A DNA stretch of 64,000 nucleotides. Origin: a plasmid. The translations under genes were made by a program, and so were the position numbers. The stretch lies in the NCBI RefSeq assembly GCF_054482525.1, contig NZ_JBTHVG010000003.1. One strand, given 5' to 3'. The first letter of the stretch is position 1, and the number at the start of each line of letters is the position of its first letter. This document shows, piece after piece, positions 1 to 11,974 of this stretch. Below the pieces are notes generated by a model, which saw nothing but the letters and a program-made list of their open reading frames with translations, did not search any database and was not told the DNA's origin.

Positions 1-127
1 CTCTATAAGGAAAAAGATGCCAGCTTTATGTCTTCAGGTACAAAGATATCTTGCTAAGAATACTCCTTATCTTCCTTGTGCAGACTGTTTCGTGCTTTCG
101 ATGTTGTTCATGAGTCTTAAAATCTGC

Positions 128-412
128 TCACTGTTTAGGGTACTCATGCTGTAAATCAGCAAGAAGGAAGCGCAGAACAACATAAGCAATCGGAAAAGGA
201 AACCATGCCAGTGACAGGCCATATATAGCGGAGATAAACATAGGGTAATTTAACTCACTTACAAAATTCGCTTCATTGTATTGTTGAATCGAAATGGCAG
301 AAGCAAAAATTATAATTAAAGTAAGAAAAATCCACTCTAGCCATCTCTTTTTATAACAAGCATAAGCGAAAGCTGTAGGGTAAAAAATAAAGCAAAAAAA
401 TTCCAGCTGCAA
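128..412 (-). CDS. hypothetical small membrane protein
   Basis: 94-aa ORF in track with hydrophobic stretches; no recognisable family. Confidence 0.3.
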   Translation of the reverse strand: MQLEFFCFIFYPTAFAYACYKKRWLEWIFLTLIIIFASAISIQQYNEANFVSELNYPMFISAIYGLSLAWFPFPIAYVVLRFLLADLQHEYPKQ

Positions 413-725
413 TTACGTTCATAAAAGTAACTTTCCTGATAGCGCCGTTATTTTTCGAATGCAGTATCATGAACAACTGCCATAACATTGATGATTGGCT
501 TTCTTTTTCTGAAGAACCTTCCGCGCGGCAAAGTTTCTCCCGCTTTGAGACGATAAAGCCAGAAAACATAAGCCGGAGGAACATTGCTGTCAAAAATATC
601 TGAACAAGTTTGAACTGTGATGCCTACTGTATTGTCTTTCCTCATCTCTTTAAAAGTGCCTTGCAATGCAGCGGATAACGTCATTTTTAAGAAACCTTTT
701 TTCTGTTTGAACGGATAGACTTGAC

Positions 726-1181
726 TTAGCTGGCTTGACTGTAATGTTTGCCACTAAAGATCCCTCGTTCTGAGGATGCAGGCACTACAAAGTTACCGTC
801 AGGTCTAATCATACGAGTTTGGATGAAATTTTTGCCGGATTTGGTTTTTTCAACCTGGTGCTCGATCTTCCATTCTTCTTTGACGGGACCGGATGACAAA
901 TGAACTAGAACCGGTACTTTTTTACGTGTTCTATCCAGAACAATACAATTTGATTTATCCGTATCAAAGCTTCCCTGAAGAGTATTCAAAGAGCAATTAT
1001 CATATCCCTCAACCGGAACTGCATTACCTTGGATATCAATTTTGAATCCTCCAGCTATTACAATTTCGGGTGCGTTATCATTTAAAGTCTCGTCATAGGC
1101 AGCATCAACTACATCGCAAGCAGTAAGAGTAAGTGACGATGCCACAGCAAGACACAATAAAGAAAATCTGTTTTTGAACAT
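726..1181 (-). CDS. putative lipoprotein
   Basis: 151-aa ORF; N-terminal signal peptide with lipobox-like LTAC; no family recognised. Confidence 0.5.
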   Translation of the reverse strand: MFKNRFSLLCLAVASSLTLTACDVVDAAYDETLNDNAPEIVIAGGFKIDIQGNAVPVEGYDNCSLNTLQGSFDTDKSNCIVLDRTRKKVPVLVHLSSGPVKEEWKIEHQVEKTKSGKNFIQTRMIRPDGNFVVPASSERGIFSGKHYSQAS

Positions 1182-1240
1182 ATTTGAGACCTTTTATAAA
1201 AATAAAATAACAGGAGAATTGTATCATTAACAGTCTAGTT

Positions 1241-1828
1241 CTAACGACTACCACTTTTAAGTATGTATTGAGCCAGTTTTATATTCAGGCACACCATATT
1301 GCACTCTAGCTCTTTCATCATTCTTGAAGAACTCTTAATTAAGTATTCTTCAAGTGGGCCAGCATATGCCCCTGATGTCACGATCGTTAGTTGCGTAAGA
1401 GGATGAGTCAAACTCTCAATGCCCTTCAGGATGTCATTCTGGACAGCAGCAATATAAACAGGCGAAGCCGCAATCAAATATTCATCATTCGGGCTGGACT
1501 GCATTAACTGGCTTATAGTTGCGCAACGGTTATGCTTACCTAGTGATTTTGTGATGGCTTTCCACCAGAGATCATGCCTGAATGGTACTTGATGAAATGT
1601 CGCCTCGTAAGAGGGCACCCGATCTCGACTATTTAAAAACCCCATCCCGGCAGAGATTATCCACAACTCCAGATTTCTGGTTGAGTTTAAAATTTCCTTT
1701 GCCGTAGACCAGTGATTACCTGAATACAAGGACAATGCCGGTACCGCCTGATTACTTCTGGCGTCGTCTACAATGTTACTCCAGGCATATGCTGCGTCGT
1801 CCGGGGTTTGTTTTGGATCTATGTCCAA
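1241..1828 (-). CDS. hypothetical protein
   Basis: 195-aa ORF directly left of the transposon insertion point; no family recognised. Confidence 0.5.
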   Translation of the reverse strand: MDIDPKQTPDDAAYAWSNIVDDARSNQAVPALSLYSGNHWSTAKEILNSTRNLELWIISAGMGFLNSRDRVPSYEATFHQVPFRHDLWWKAITKSLGKHNRCATISQLMQSSPNDEYLIAASPVYIAAVQNDILKGIESLTHPLTQLTIVTSGAYAGPLEEYLIKSSSRMMKELECNMVCLNIKLAQYILKSGSR

Positions 1829-1912
1829 TGTCGGCCAGACGTGGCCCTGATGATTCTTGCCCTTTGTACAGGAAGTGATTAAGTGTACTGGGGTCAGTTT
1901 GGATATCGAAAA

Positions 1913-4900
1913 TTATTGTACGTTAAGGTTATTTTTTGACCTGCCTAATTTAGCTGGCCTCAGCCGACGAAACTTACCGGCTGACGGTATCCGGTTGCTT
2001 TTCCATATATAATCGCCTGTCAGATTGATGTGTTCCCAGCCTAGCGGGGACAAATGCGACAGTAGTTGCTCGTTGATCTTCACTCCCTTACGCTTCAGAG
2101 CATCGACAGCTCTTTCCATATAGACGGTATTCCACAGGGATATGGCAGCTGTCAGGAGCGTCAGTCCACTGGCGCGATAGCTCTGATTTTCCGGTTTTCG
2201 GTCCCTGATTTCTCCCAGCCGGTGCATAAATACCGCTCGCGCCAGCGCGTTACGGGCTTCACCTTTATTCAGCCCCGCCTGTACCCGCCGACGCAGTGCA
2301 GGATCGCGGAACCAGTCGAGCATAAACAGAGTTCGTTCAATACGGCCAATTTCTCTCAGTGCTTTGGCCAGCCCGTTTTGCTTGGGGTAGCTGGCAAGCT
2401 TTTTCAGCATCAGGGATGCCGTCACGGTTCCCTGCTTTATCGAGGTTGCCAGACGCAGCACTTCACGCCAGTGAATTTCGATCTCTTTCAGATTCAGGCT
2501 GGTTGTTGATATCAGTGACTGAAGCGCCGGGTACTGGCCTGCTTTCCCTTTGATAAATAGCTTCTTGTCGTGGAGATTCCTGATTCGCGGACAGAACGCA
2601 AATCCCAGCAGATGCATCAGGGCAAAGACATGATCGGTGAAACCCGCTGTATCGGTGTAATGCTCCCTGATTTCCAGGTCGCTTTCGTGGTACAGCAAGC
2701 CATCGAGCACATGGGTTGAATCTCTGACCCGACTGATTATGCAGGTGTAAAACGGGCTGTATTGATCCGAAATATGGGTATAAAACTGACGTCCGGGCTC
2801 CTGCCCGTATTTCGGGTTAACCTGCCCTGCGTAGCGGCCTGATCTGCCTGTTCTGAAATTCTGTCCATCTGATGATGATGTTGTCCCGTCTCCCCAGAAT
2901 GCCGCCAGCGGCCTTTTCCCCTGCGCGTTTACCAGCTCTGCAAGGGCTGCTGAATAGGTTTCGTCGCGGATGTACCATGCCTGAATATCTTCGAGTGATG
3001 ATTTGGTGCTACCGGGGCAGGCTTCCGCCATTTTGGTCAGGCCAAGATTGATGCCATCCGCAAGAATGGTGGTGAGAAGCAGGCGGATATCGGGACGGGT
3101 AATGTCAGTTTTTATATGCGAAAAATGTCGGGTAAACGTCGTCCAGCTGTTTACCTCATCGAGAATTTCCGTGATTTTAGGGCGCGGTAGCATGCTGTAA
3201 ACCAGCTCTGCCAGCGGTGAAACCTGCACCGGAACGCTGTTATCCAGCGGAGAGACTTTTACGCCCCTGTAAGATATTTCCACATCGGGCAGTTCACCAA
3301 GGGCAGCCATGGCATTGACCTCTTCAAGCCTGGACTGAAGCAGGGTCATACGGCTGGTAATGTACTCATGATAATCAGCAGATACGGGAAGTGGCAGCGC
3401 CGGTGTGAGTTTGTCAAAGTCCTTTTCGGGAATGAGGTAATCATCAAAATTTTTGTAGCGGCGTGAACCTTTGACCCAGATGTCCCCGGAACGCAACGCC
3501 CCCTTAAGCTCGCTGAGCGCACAAAATTCATAGTACTGCCGGTCAATACCCGCAGGTGTAATTACCACCTTGCGCCAACTTTCTGGGACAAACTCAAGCG
3601 GCGCGGTGGCCGGAACTTTACGTGACTGCTTCCGGTACATATCCTTGATCACAACCAGCGCATCAGCCAGAGGTTGCGCTGCCGGAGTTGCGATTAACTG
3701 TAAAGCTGACAACATGCGCGGGGCATATTTCCGTAATGTGCTGTATTTCTCGGTAATAATATGCAGCGGGTCAAAATTATTTTTTCTGGCGAGATGGCGT
3801 GTTTCCTCCAGACTGGCGACAAATTCAGGCCATGGGAGTATGTTTTCTATTGCGAGCCATGGATCTCCCCCGGAATCACGGGCATCAGACAGCGCCTGAC
3901 CGACATTGATGTACTGCCTCAGTTTTGACTGGATCAGCTTTCCGGTCTGCTGAAGGCGCTCAGCCTGTGTTCTTTTGGCTTTGCTGAAAAGGCTGTTCAG
4001 CATTCGCTCATGCAACTCAATCACTTCGTCTGTCAGTGTGGCTCTGGCTTCTTCCAGCACGCACACCAGGATCGCATGACGCCGGGCTGCTGAAAATCGG
4101 GTCAAATCCCGGCTGCTCATCTTTCGGCCTTCCCGCGCCAGTTTCAGCAACCGGTTCTGGTGAATGGTACGATCTATACCTTCCGGTAATGCCAGCGATT
4201 CAATGCTACTGAGCCGATCAAGGTGTTGCAGCACGTTCTTACCATTGATTTTACCCGGAGGTTGCAGAAGCCATGTCAGCCTGGAAGACTGATTATCCGA
4301 TGACTCAAGTAAACAATCCAGAGCATCCCTGTGAGCCGGAGTTAACGGGGCATTCAGGGTCTGAAACACGATTTTATCGCCGCCTGCCATGGCCTCAGCA
4401 CAGGAACGCTCCACGACATCAATCGAGGGGATTATCACGTTGTTCTGCCGGAGCCAGACCAGTAGTTCTTCGGCCAGGAGAATACCTTTATCGGTGCGCG
4501 TCGCCATCGGCAGCAGGTGTGTAATACAGTCCTGCTGTATTTTGCCGGTGAACGCTTTTAAGCCAAGATAGCGGTACAGTTCGGTTAAATGTTCGCGTCG
4601 CGTAGTTTCCCTGCCGGAAAGGTAAGCTGGCCAGAGATCCCCGGTAAGTTTTAGCCTGCTGGCGATATGCTTCAGCAGCGCATCAGAGGGAGGGATTTTT
4701 TTATCCGGGGTAAAGCCGACATTTTTCAGATAGCAAAGAAGGACGGCAAAACCAAAACGGCTGGCAGGTTTACGGTGGGCACTGATAAGTGCCAGATCAT
4801 GTTCACTGAAATACGCCATCCGGGTCAGCGTTAACTCTTCGTCCGGTAATGCCAGTAATGATTCTCTTTCCGACAGAGAAAGAATCTGCCTCCTTGCCAT
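1913..4900 (-). CDS. tnpA: Tn3-family transposase TnpA
   Basis: 995-aa ORF, typical Tn3-family transposase length and N-terminus; stop codon lies inside the terminal IR. Confidence 0.9.
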   Translation of the reverse strand: MARRQILSLSERESLLALPDEELTLTRMAYFSEHDLALISAHRKPASRFGFAVLLCYLKNVGFTPDKKIPPSDALLKHIASRLKLTGDLWPAYLSGRETTRREHLTELYRYLGLKAFTGKIQQDCITHLLPMATRTDKGILLAEELLVWLRQNNVIIPSIDVVERSCAEAMAGGDKIVFQTLNAPLTPAHRDALDCLLESSDNQSSRLTWLLQPPGKINGKNVLQHLDRLSSIESLALPEGIDRTIHQNRLLKLAREGRKMSSRDLTRFSAARRHAILVCVLEEARATLTDEVIELHERMLNSLFSKAKRTQAERLQQTGKLIQSKLRQYINVGQALSDARDSGGDPWLAIENILPWPEFVASLEETRHLARKNNFDPLHIITEKYSTLRKYAPRMLSALQLIATPAAQPLADALVVIKDMYRKQSRKVPATAPLEFVPESWRKVVITPAGIDRQYYEFCALSELKGALRSGDIWVKGSRRYKNFDDYLIPEKDFDKLTPALPLPVSADYHEYITSRMTLLQSRLEEVNAMAALGELPDVEISYRGVKVSPLDNSVPVQVSPLAELVYSMLPRPKITEILDEVNSWTTFTRHFSHIKTDITRPDIRLLLTTILADGINLGLTKMAEACPGSTKSSLEDIQAWYIRDETYSAALAELVNAQGKRPLAAFWGDGTTSSSDGQNFRTGRSGRYAGQVNPKYGQEPGRQFYTHISDQYSPFYTCIISRVRDSTHVLDGLLYHESDLEIREHYTDTAGFTDHVFALMHLLGFAFCPRIRNLHDKKLFIKGKAGQYPALQSLISTTSLNLKEIEIHWREVLRLATSIKQGTVTASLMLKKLASYPKQNGLAKALREIGRIERTLFMLDWFRDPALRRRVQAGLNKGEARNALARAVFMHRLGEIRDRKPENQSYRASGLTLLTAAISLWNTVYMERAVDALKRKGVKINEQLLSHLSPLGWEHINLTGDYIWKSNRIPSAGKFRRLRPAKLGRSKNNLNVQ

Positions 4901-5067
4901 ATAGTTTCCCTCGTAAATTATCCGATGCGGTATTTTTAACAGAAATGCTTATCGCATAAGGGTACACCCTGACGCCATATTCAAAACGTGACGGCACACG
5001 ATGAATGACATAACCTATATGCGATAGATTAAATGCAATAACTTAAATGCGATAACGTGGTGGAAAA
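4901..5067. promoter_or_regulatory. res site and divergent tnpA/tnpR promoter region
   Basis: AT-rich 167-bp spacer between divergent tnpA and tnpR with repeated ATGCGATA-like motifs; position-based inference. Confidence 0.45.
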
Positions 5068-5703
5068 ATGTTCATCAGAGCTTATTTAAGGGCATCGACG
5101 GAAGATCAGTTCGCAGATCGGGCAAAAGAGATGCTGGAGCAGTTTGTTCAGGAGCGGGGACATAAAATAGCCAGTTACTACCGGGAGAACATCAGCGGTA
5201 CAAAACTTGACCGCCCGGAACTGGGGCGCTTACTGATGGACAGTCACCGCAATGATATTTTACTGGTCGAGCAGATAGACCGTCTGACCCGTCTGAGCAA
5301 CAGCGACTGGATGACTCTGAAAAAGCAAATCGAGCAACACGAGCTGCGGATTGTCAGCCTCGATGTACCCACCTCATGGCAGGCGCTGTCAGATAAAGAT
5401 CCTTCGCAGGCTGACCCAATCACCCGCGCCGTGATAACCGCCATCAATAATATGCTTATCGACCTGATGGCCGCGATGTCGCATAAGGACTGGCTGAGCC
5501 GCCGCCATCGGCAGAAGCAGGGAATTGAACGGGCACATACGCTGGGAAAATACCGGGGCAAACAGGCCGATCAGGAACGACATAAGAAAGTTCTGTATTA
5601 CCGACAGGTCAAGAAACTGAGCATAAGAGAAACTGCTGAAGCCACCGGTTACAGCACATCTCAGGTCTGCAGGATTCAGGCCCTGTTCAGGCCTGAAAAT
5701 TAA
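5068..5703 (+). CDS. tnpR: serine recombinase resolvase TnpR
   Basis: 211-aa ORF; resolvase-like N-terminus (RASTEDQ serine motif region) and C-terminal HTH. Confidence 0.85.
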   Translation: MFIRAYLRASTEDQFADRAKEMLEQFVQERGHKIASYYRENISGTKLDRPELGRLLMDSHRNDILLVEQIDRLTRLSNSDWMTLKKQIEQHELRIVSLDVPTSWQALSDKDPSQADPITRAVITAINNMLIDLMAAMSHKDWLSRRHRQKQGIERAHTLGKYRGKQADQERHKKVLYYRQVKKLSIRETAEATGYSTSQVCRIQALFRPEN

Positions 5704-5730
5704 GCACATTTTCTGAGGCTGGAAATCAAC

Positions 5731-6567
5731 TCATGCTGACAGCCTGAGCCTGTTGGCATGGTAAGCAATGTGCTCACCAATAAAGCTGGAAATGAAATAA
5801 TAGCTGTGGTCGTAACCAGTATGATATCGGAATGATGTGTTGATGTTCATCTCGTTGCACACTCTTTCAAGACTTTTAGTGCGTAACTGATCTTCATAAA
5901 AGGCGTCACTTAATCCCTGGTCAATAAAAATTTCTGGTAATTTCGCACCCTGTAAAATGAGACTGACGGGATCGTAGTGCTCCCACGTTTTTTTATTTTC
6001 ACCCAGGTACGCGGTGAATGCCTGTTGTCCCCATGGCACCTGAGAAGGTGACACTATTGGTGAAAATGCCGATACACTCACATATTCATCAGGATTTCGC
6101 AGCGACAGAACCAGCGCTCCCAGCCCCCCCATGGAGTGACCGGATATTGATTTCCTTGATGTTACAGGTAAATGCTCCATGACAACATCCGGAAGCTCAT
6201 GGAGAATATAGTCATACATCCTGTAATGCGTGTTCCACGGATGTTCCGTCGCGTTCAGATAAAATCCGGCACCCTGGCCCAGATCGTAGCTGTCAGCATC
6301 TGCGACATGCTCTCCACGGGGACTGGTATCAGGAACAACGACGATGATGTTGTTCCTGGCGGCATAATGCTGCATACCCGATTTGGTGATGAAATTCTGC
6401 TCCGTACAGGTCAGACCCGAGAGCCAGTACAGGACCGGCAGTTTTTCTGTTGCTGCTTTGGGGGGAAGATAAACACCGAAATTCATCTCACAATTAAGTG
6501 TTTGTGAATTATGGCGGTATACGTTTTGCCAGCCGCCAGCGCTGGCATGCTGCTCGATGAGTTCCAT
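5731..6567 (-). CDS. frmB: S-formylglutathione hydrolase (esterase D family)
   Basis: 278-aa ORF with esterase D/FrmB-like sequence including GHSMGG serine hydrolase motif. Confidence 0.85.
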   Translation of the reverse strand: MELIEQHASAGGWQNVYRHNSQTLNCEMNFGVYLPPKAATEKLPVLYWLSGLTCTEQNFITKSGMQHYAARNNIIVVVPDTSPRGEHVADADSYDLGQGAGFYLNATEHPWNTHYRMYDYILHELPDVVMEHLPVTSRKSISGHSMGGLGALVLSLRNPDEYVSVSAFSPIVSPSQVPWGQQAFTAYLGENKKTWEHYDPVSLILQGAKLPEIFIDQGLSDAFYEDQLRTKSLERVCNEMNINTSFRYHTGYDHSYYFISSFIGEHIAYHANRLRLSA

Positions 6568-6630
6568 TAGCCTCTCTCATGGTTATTTCCCCTGACAGGG
6601 AGTCAGGGGAAGTCTCTTTATAGCCGGACG

Positions 6631-7029
6631 TCAGATGAACGTATAAGCCGTGATTTTGTTACCCGCAGGGTCTCGCAGGTAGGCTGCATAGGCTCCAGGG
6701 AGATGGCTGCGCGGGCCAGGCTGACCTTCATCTTTCCCTCCGGCGGCAAGGCCCGCGGCGTGGAAAGCATCAACTTCTTCCGGACTTGCAGCTGCAAAGC
6801 CGACAGTAACGCCGTTGGCCGATGGCGCTTCACCGTTGCCCGGACGTGCAATAATAAAGGCTGGCTTTTCACGACCATAAAGTACCCAGCCATTGCCAAA
6901 CGGGCCGAGGTTATTGATGCCAAGCGTACCGAGGACAGCATCGTAAAAATCAGCGGATTTTTCAACATCGGATGCACCGATGAAGACGTGGGAAAAAACG
7001 TCATTACCAGAAATTACAGGTGTTGCCAT
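6631..7029 (-). CDS. VOC/glyoxalase-family protein
   Basis: 132-aa ORF with glyoxalase-like fold signature; sits between frmB and frmA. Confidence 0.65.
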   Translation of the reverse strand: MATPVISGNDVFSHVFIGASDVEKSADFYDAVLGTLGINNLGPFGNGWVLYGREKPAFIIARPGNGEAPSANGVTVGFAAASPEEVDAFHAAGLAAGGKDEGQPGPRSHLPGAYAAYLRDPAGNKITAYTFI

Positions 7030-7070
7030 GATCCATTTCCTTCAGTTGGTTTGACTCAGTTAAGACGCTA

Positions 7071-8210
<1,140 letters not shown>

Positions 8211-8486
8211 CTATTTAAGATAGGCGCGAACCAGTTCAATCGTATCGTCAACGGATTTACTGATTTCATGGCTGTAGCTGTCATTCTGGTCAAAGGTTTC
8301 CCGTATGTGGCTCTCGAGCACCTCTGCCATAAGACCGTTAGCTGCTCCGCGAACGGCAGCTATCTGCTGAAGAATGGAACGGCATTCAGCACCATTTTCC
8401 AGCGCTCTTTCCAGAGCATCAATCTGACCCCGAATACGGCGAACACGGGTAAGGACCTTTTTTTTCTCTTCAGGAGTACTGGGCAT
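8211..8486 (-). CDS. frmR: formaldehyde-responsive repressor FrmR (CsoR/RcnR family)
   Basis: 91-aa ORF with CsoR/RcnR-like helical sequence, first gene of the frm operon. Confidence 0.85.
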   Translation of the reverse strand: MPSTPEEKKKVLTRVRRIRGQIDALERALENGAECRSILQQIAAVRGAANGLMAEVLESHIRETFDQNDSYSHEISKSVDDTIELVRAYLK

Positions 8487-8510
8487 TATTTACCTCACCA
8501 TTTTTGATTT

Positions 8511-8575
8511 TATATACTATAGTGGAGTATATAATTATTATCAATGCATACTCCACTACAGTATAACTAAGAATA
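8511..8575. promoter_or_regulatory. frmR promoter/operator palindrome
   Basis: Inverted repeat CTATAGTGGAGTAT ... ATACTCCACTACAG immediately upstream of frmR. Confidence 0.5.
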
Positions 8576-8867
8576 AACATAACTACCTTTATTTGCGATA
8601 TAAATCATATATTTATATTATTTTTGGCTGTGATACTGTCGGAAGGAAAGTTACTACAAAAATGATATCTACCGATACGGGATTTGCGGCATAGGCGGTT
8701 CTGTTAAATTTCGCCAGATATTGGCTCATCATTGATGGTCAAAAAATGAGCCTAACGTACAATAATTTTCGATATCCAAACTGACCCCGTACTGAGCGTT
8801 CAGAGAACATTATCTTCCTTACATACCCATAGAACAGCTTTCTAAGAACGGTGGGCTCGCCTGAAAA

Positions 8868-9248
8868 TTACAAATCAGCCCCTTTCACGGCATCATTTTG
8901 ATTCTTCGCGTCTGCCCCCAGTAAGATGACCGGTTTTCTGCATGACAGTGTTATTCCTAACAAACGCAACACAAAACCACGCCAGCCAGAGCAAATTTTT
9001 TCATTTGCTGCGTAAAGCCTATTGTTTTCTCTTTTAAGCTTCGCCCACTCGTTACAGAGGGTAACATCATCAAGCGCTGTTATATGCTTCGCCTCACCTT
9101 CGACGATAACGGTATGGATACCGTATGCTGTAAATCTCATACTATTTTCCAGAACCCAGTTGCGGTATTCGTCGAGTCCACCTTCGGAACCGGTAGCTCT
9201 GCGCCACATTTCAATTTGCTTGTGTGATGGGTCAAGTGTACTTGTCAT
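8868..9248 (-). CDS. hypothetical protein
   Basis: 126-aa ORF immediately right of the transposon insertion; no family recognised. Confidence 0.45.
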   Translation of the reverse strand: MTSTLDPSHKQIEMWRRATGSEGGLDEYRNWVLENSMRFTAYGIHTVIVEGEAKHITALDDVTLCNEWAKLKRENNRLYAANEKICSGWRGFVLRLLGITLSCRKPVILLGADAKNQNDAVKGADL

Positions 9249-9507
9249 TGAAGCCTCGTCTCAGCGATAACGCTTGAAATAGCCCGCTTTGGTCATCATG
9301 AAATTAGCCATCTGACTGGCGATTTGATTGTATCTTACTCATAGTGCCCTACCTATAGGTTAAAAAGGGGCATTTTCGCTTTATAGCGTGTTCAGCAGCA
9401 TCAATCCTCCCAAGAAAGGCTGGCTTATTAAGCCGGTCCATCATTTTCTGTATATCTCTCATCAATTTTTATATCCGCCCTGGAGTGCACCGTTCAAGCA
9501 CACCGAT

Positions 9508-9536
9508 TAGGCAGATAGTCACTAGTTAACTCTTTA
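9508..9536. promoter_or_regulatory. perfect 10-bp-arm inverted repeat (candidate operator)
   Basis: AGTCACTAGT-N9-ACTAGTGACT in the AT-rich region upstream of the 9879 operon. Confidence 0.35.
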
Positions 9537-9784
9537 CTAGTGACTAAATTCCATTGATATACGTGACAACGTCACGTCATGAAAGCTTATAAATGCCTAT
9601 TTTTCATACAATGGGATTTAATTAGGAGTAAATCCCATAGGCTTACATAAGGATGACAATTAAAAGCGTTAAATATCAACCAGATAGAATGATTACCCCC
9701 AATTAATGGGCTCATCACATTATTTCACTGGCTGGGGTTATTGCTGGCATATCTGAAAGTGCTAATATGTTAGTCATTAGTAAT

Positions 9785-9803
9785 TAGTAAAGCCTTTACT
9801 AAA
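9785..9803. promoter_or_regulatory. perfect palindrome TTAGTAAAG-C-CTTTACTAA (candidate operator)
   Basis: 19-bp palindrome about 75 bp upstream of the 9879 start codon. Confidence 0.35.
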
Positions 9804-9878
9804 CGCGTTTCTACGTAAATTCTATAGGTTTTATAGTGTCCTACCTTTGCTCAAATCAAAATGTTCTGACATACCAAA

Positions 9879-10709
9879 ATGGAGTGTAAAATGACTCAAA
9901 ACCAGGGTTCTGAGCCAGTACCGGCGAGCCGGACAGGGCAGCTCATCAGCGCCCGGGATATGGCCATGCAGAAATTCGAAGAAGGGATGCGGTTAATCTC
10001 GGAAGCGTCGGAACTGTGCGGTCTCTCTCTCTTCACCAGCAGAATTATGCAGCCCAACGCATTTGGTCTTCCGTCGTCACTGGATCGCACCATCGAGGAG
10101 GGGCGTAAGGAAATTGACCGTAAAACGTGGAAAAGGCTCTTTGAAGAAACAGGTATGGACCGGTACTGGAACCATAAGCAAAAAGAAGCCTTTAACGAAT
10201 CCCTTCGTACGGATCCGCCCGTCGCTTCCCTGGAGATTGTTAAGGGAACATTACAGCATGCACTGGCTAACAGACGAGACACCCTTGCAGAAGGTTTCGT
10301 TGATGTTCTCAACAAGCTTGACCGAAGTTTCAAAAGCAATGCCAGGCAATATACAATGCCAAAAAAGCTTGTTCTTCGGGGGATTTTTCCTGGTGTGAAC
10401 GTGCTGAGGTACAACGGTTTCTCGCAGGACAATCACTTTTGTTTACGCGACTTTGAGAATATTGTATGCATCTGTTCTGATACTCCAACACCTGCAACCG
10501 GCGGTGGGCTGAGTATGGTCGACAGGCTGACGGCCATGAGAAATACAGAATTCACAGGCGAGGTCAGTGATGAGAATGGCTGGCGGTGTCGCCTGTTTGA
10601 GAATGGAAACGTTCATATTTGCATCGACAGTATCTCGCTTCTGAATGCTCTGAACGATCTTATCAGCATATATTTTGCAAACCAGCTTCCGGCCGCAGGA
10701 AAAAAATGA
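9879..10709 (+). CDS. hypothetical protein (plasmid backbone)
   Basis: 276-aa ORF; its stop overlaps the downstream start by 4 nt (ATGA), implying translational coupling. Confidence 0.5.
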   Translation: MECKMTQNQGSEPVPASRTGQLISARDMAMQKFEEGMRLISEASELCGLSLFTSRIMQPNAFGLPSSLDRTIEEGRKEIDRKTWKRLFEETGMDRYWNHKQKEAFNESLRTDPPVASLEIVKGTLQHALANRRDTLAEGFVDVLNKLDRSFKSNARQYTMPKKLVLRGIFPGVNVLRYNGFSQDNHFCLRDFENIVCICSDTPTPATGGGLSMVDRLTAMRNTEFTGEVSDENGWRCRLFENGNVHICIDSISLLNALNDLISIYFANQLPAAGKK

Positions 10710-11911
10710 TGATTGAAAATGATAAAGAAAAAAGCCTGAACGATGCTACCCCGCCAGAGGTGCAGAATGACATCCGCAGCGAATCCACTGAAAAATCAAA
10801 GGAAATGGGTCGTTCAAGGTACTCATCTATCGCGATGATCGATTACTTCAATGCAATCGAACGTCTGTGCAAAGAGAAAGAAATTAACCCGGAAAATATC
10901 GATCTGAGCTTCAAAGTTCACTGGCTCAGAAACGCTGTTGGCGGCTCGTTTGCAAGGTCACAGGAGATGTTCGCGGAGTACCAGAAGTATGTTAAAGAGG
11001 TTCCTGAAGAGGCCCGTTACCTGGATATACCCGATGAGGTAAAGGTTGCACTCGGCGATATTATCTCGTACATCACCTGGCACTACCGTAGAAGCTATAC
11101 CGCAATACAGAATGATAGTGTTAAAAAAGCTGAAGCACGTAGCATGCAGCTGGAGGAGGAGGTAACGCAGCTGTTACAGCGGCTTGAGCAAAGCGCTACC
11201 GATATGGATGAGCTGAAACTTGAGAATCAGGCACTACAGGGTCGATTAGAGATCCGGGACAGTACCGTCAAGGAGTTAGAAACAAGGCTGAATGTTGCCG
11301 AAGCAGAACTCGAAACCTGCCATCACCAGTTAGATAGCACACGGCATGAATTGAGCCTCGCACAGCAGTCAAATGACTCACTCTCCCAGCAACTGGCTGA
11401 ACGTAAAACAGAGATCGCTGGTCACCTTGAATATCAAAAAAAGCTGAACGAAGAGATCAACACGCAGCGTTCTGATAACGCCGGTCTTTCCAGACAATGC
11501 GACCAGTTAAGTCAGACTGTGTCAGATACAAAGGCAGAGAGGGACAGGTTTGAACAGGAATTGATTGCTGCACAGAACCTTTGTACTGAGCTGAAAAGTG
11601 CACTGTCCGGGAAAGAGGGTGACCTGGTGGCGGTGAATGCCGAGCTTACTGAACTCCATAAACTAAACGAGTCGCTGAGCGCCGACCTGAATAAAGTAAC
11701 TTTGGTCAGCCAGGGCTATGAAGCGGAAGTGGCTGAACAAAGCAATGAACTCAAAACGCTCCAGGCCAAAGTAATGAAGCTGGAAGCTACCCTGGAGGCG
11801 GAGAAAACAATCTCAGAATCCCTAAAAGGCACCATTGATACATTAACTGGTGCAATGGCAGGGGGAGGTACTGGAAAGTCAAAACAGCCGCGTAGCAGAA
11901 AAACATCATGA
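10706..11911 (+). CDS. kfrA: KfrA-like coiled-coil DNA-binding protein
   Basis: Start moved from the track to ATG at 10706; N-terminal KfrA-like domain followed by a long heptad-rich acidic coiled-coil and basic tail. Confidence 0.6.
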   Translation: MMIENDKEKSLNDATPPEVQNDIRSESTEKSKEMGRSRYSSIAMIDYFNAIERLCKEKEINPENIDLSFKVHWLRNAVGGSFARSQEMFAEYQKYVKEVPEEARYLDIPDEVKVALGDIISYITWHYRRSYTAIQNDSVKKAEARSMQLEEEVTQLLQRLEQSATDMDELKLENQALQGRLEIRDSTVKELETRLNVAEAELETCHHQLDSTRHELSLAQQSNDSLSQQLAERKTEIAGHLEYQKKLNEEINTQRSDNAGLSRQCDQLSQTVSDTKAERDRFEQELIAAQNLCTELKSALSGKEGDLVAVNAELTELHKLNESLSADLNKVTLVSQGYEAEVAEQSNELKTLQAKVMKLEATLEAEKTISESLKGTIDTLTGAMAGGGTGKSKQPRSRKTS

Positions 11912-11974
11912 TAAATGAAGCCAGGTTGATACACTTCTCTGCATCCCCTGGCACATAAGAACTTCTGCGGACAT

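Noticed and set aside
448-684. 78-aa ORF on the minus strand near the window start
   Set aside because: No start context or family signal; not enough support to list as a gene.
2066-4571. Several 60-147-aa ORFs antisense to or overlapping the Tn3-family tnpA
   Set aside because: Fully embedded in a well-supported 995-aa gene; typical GC-rich frame artefacts.
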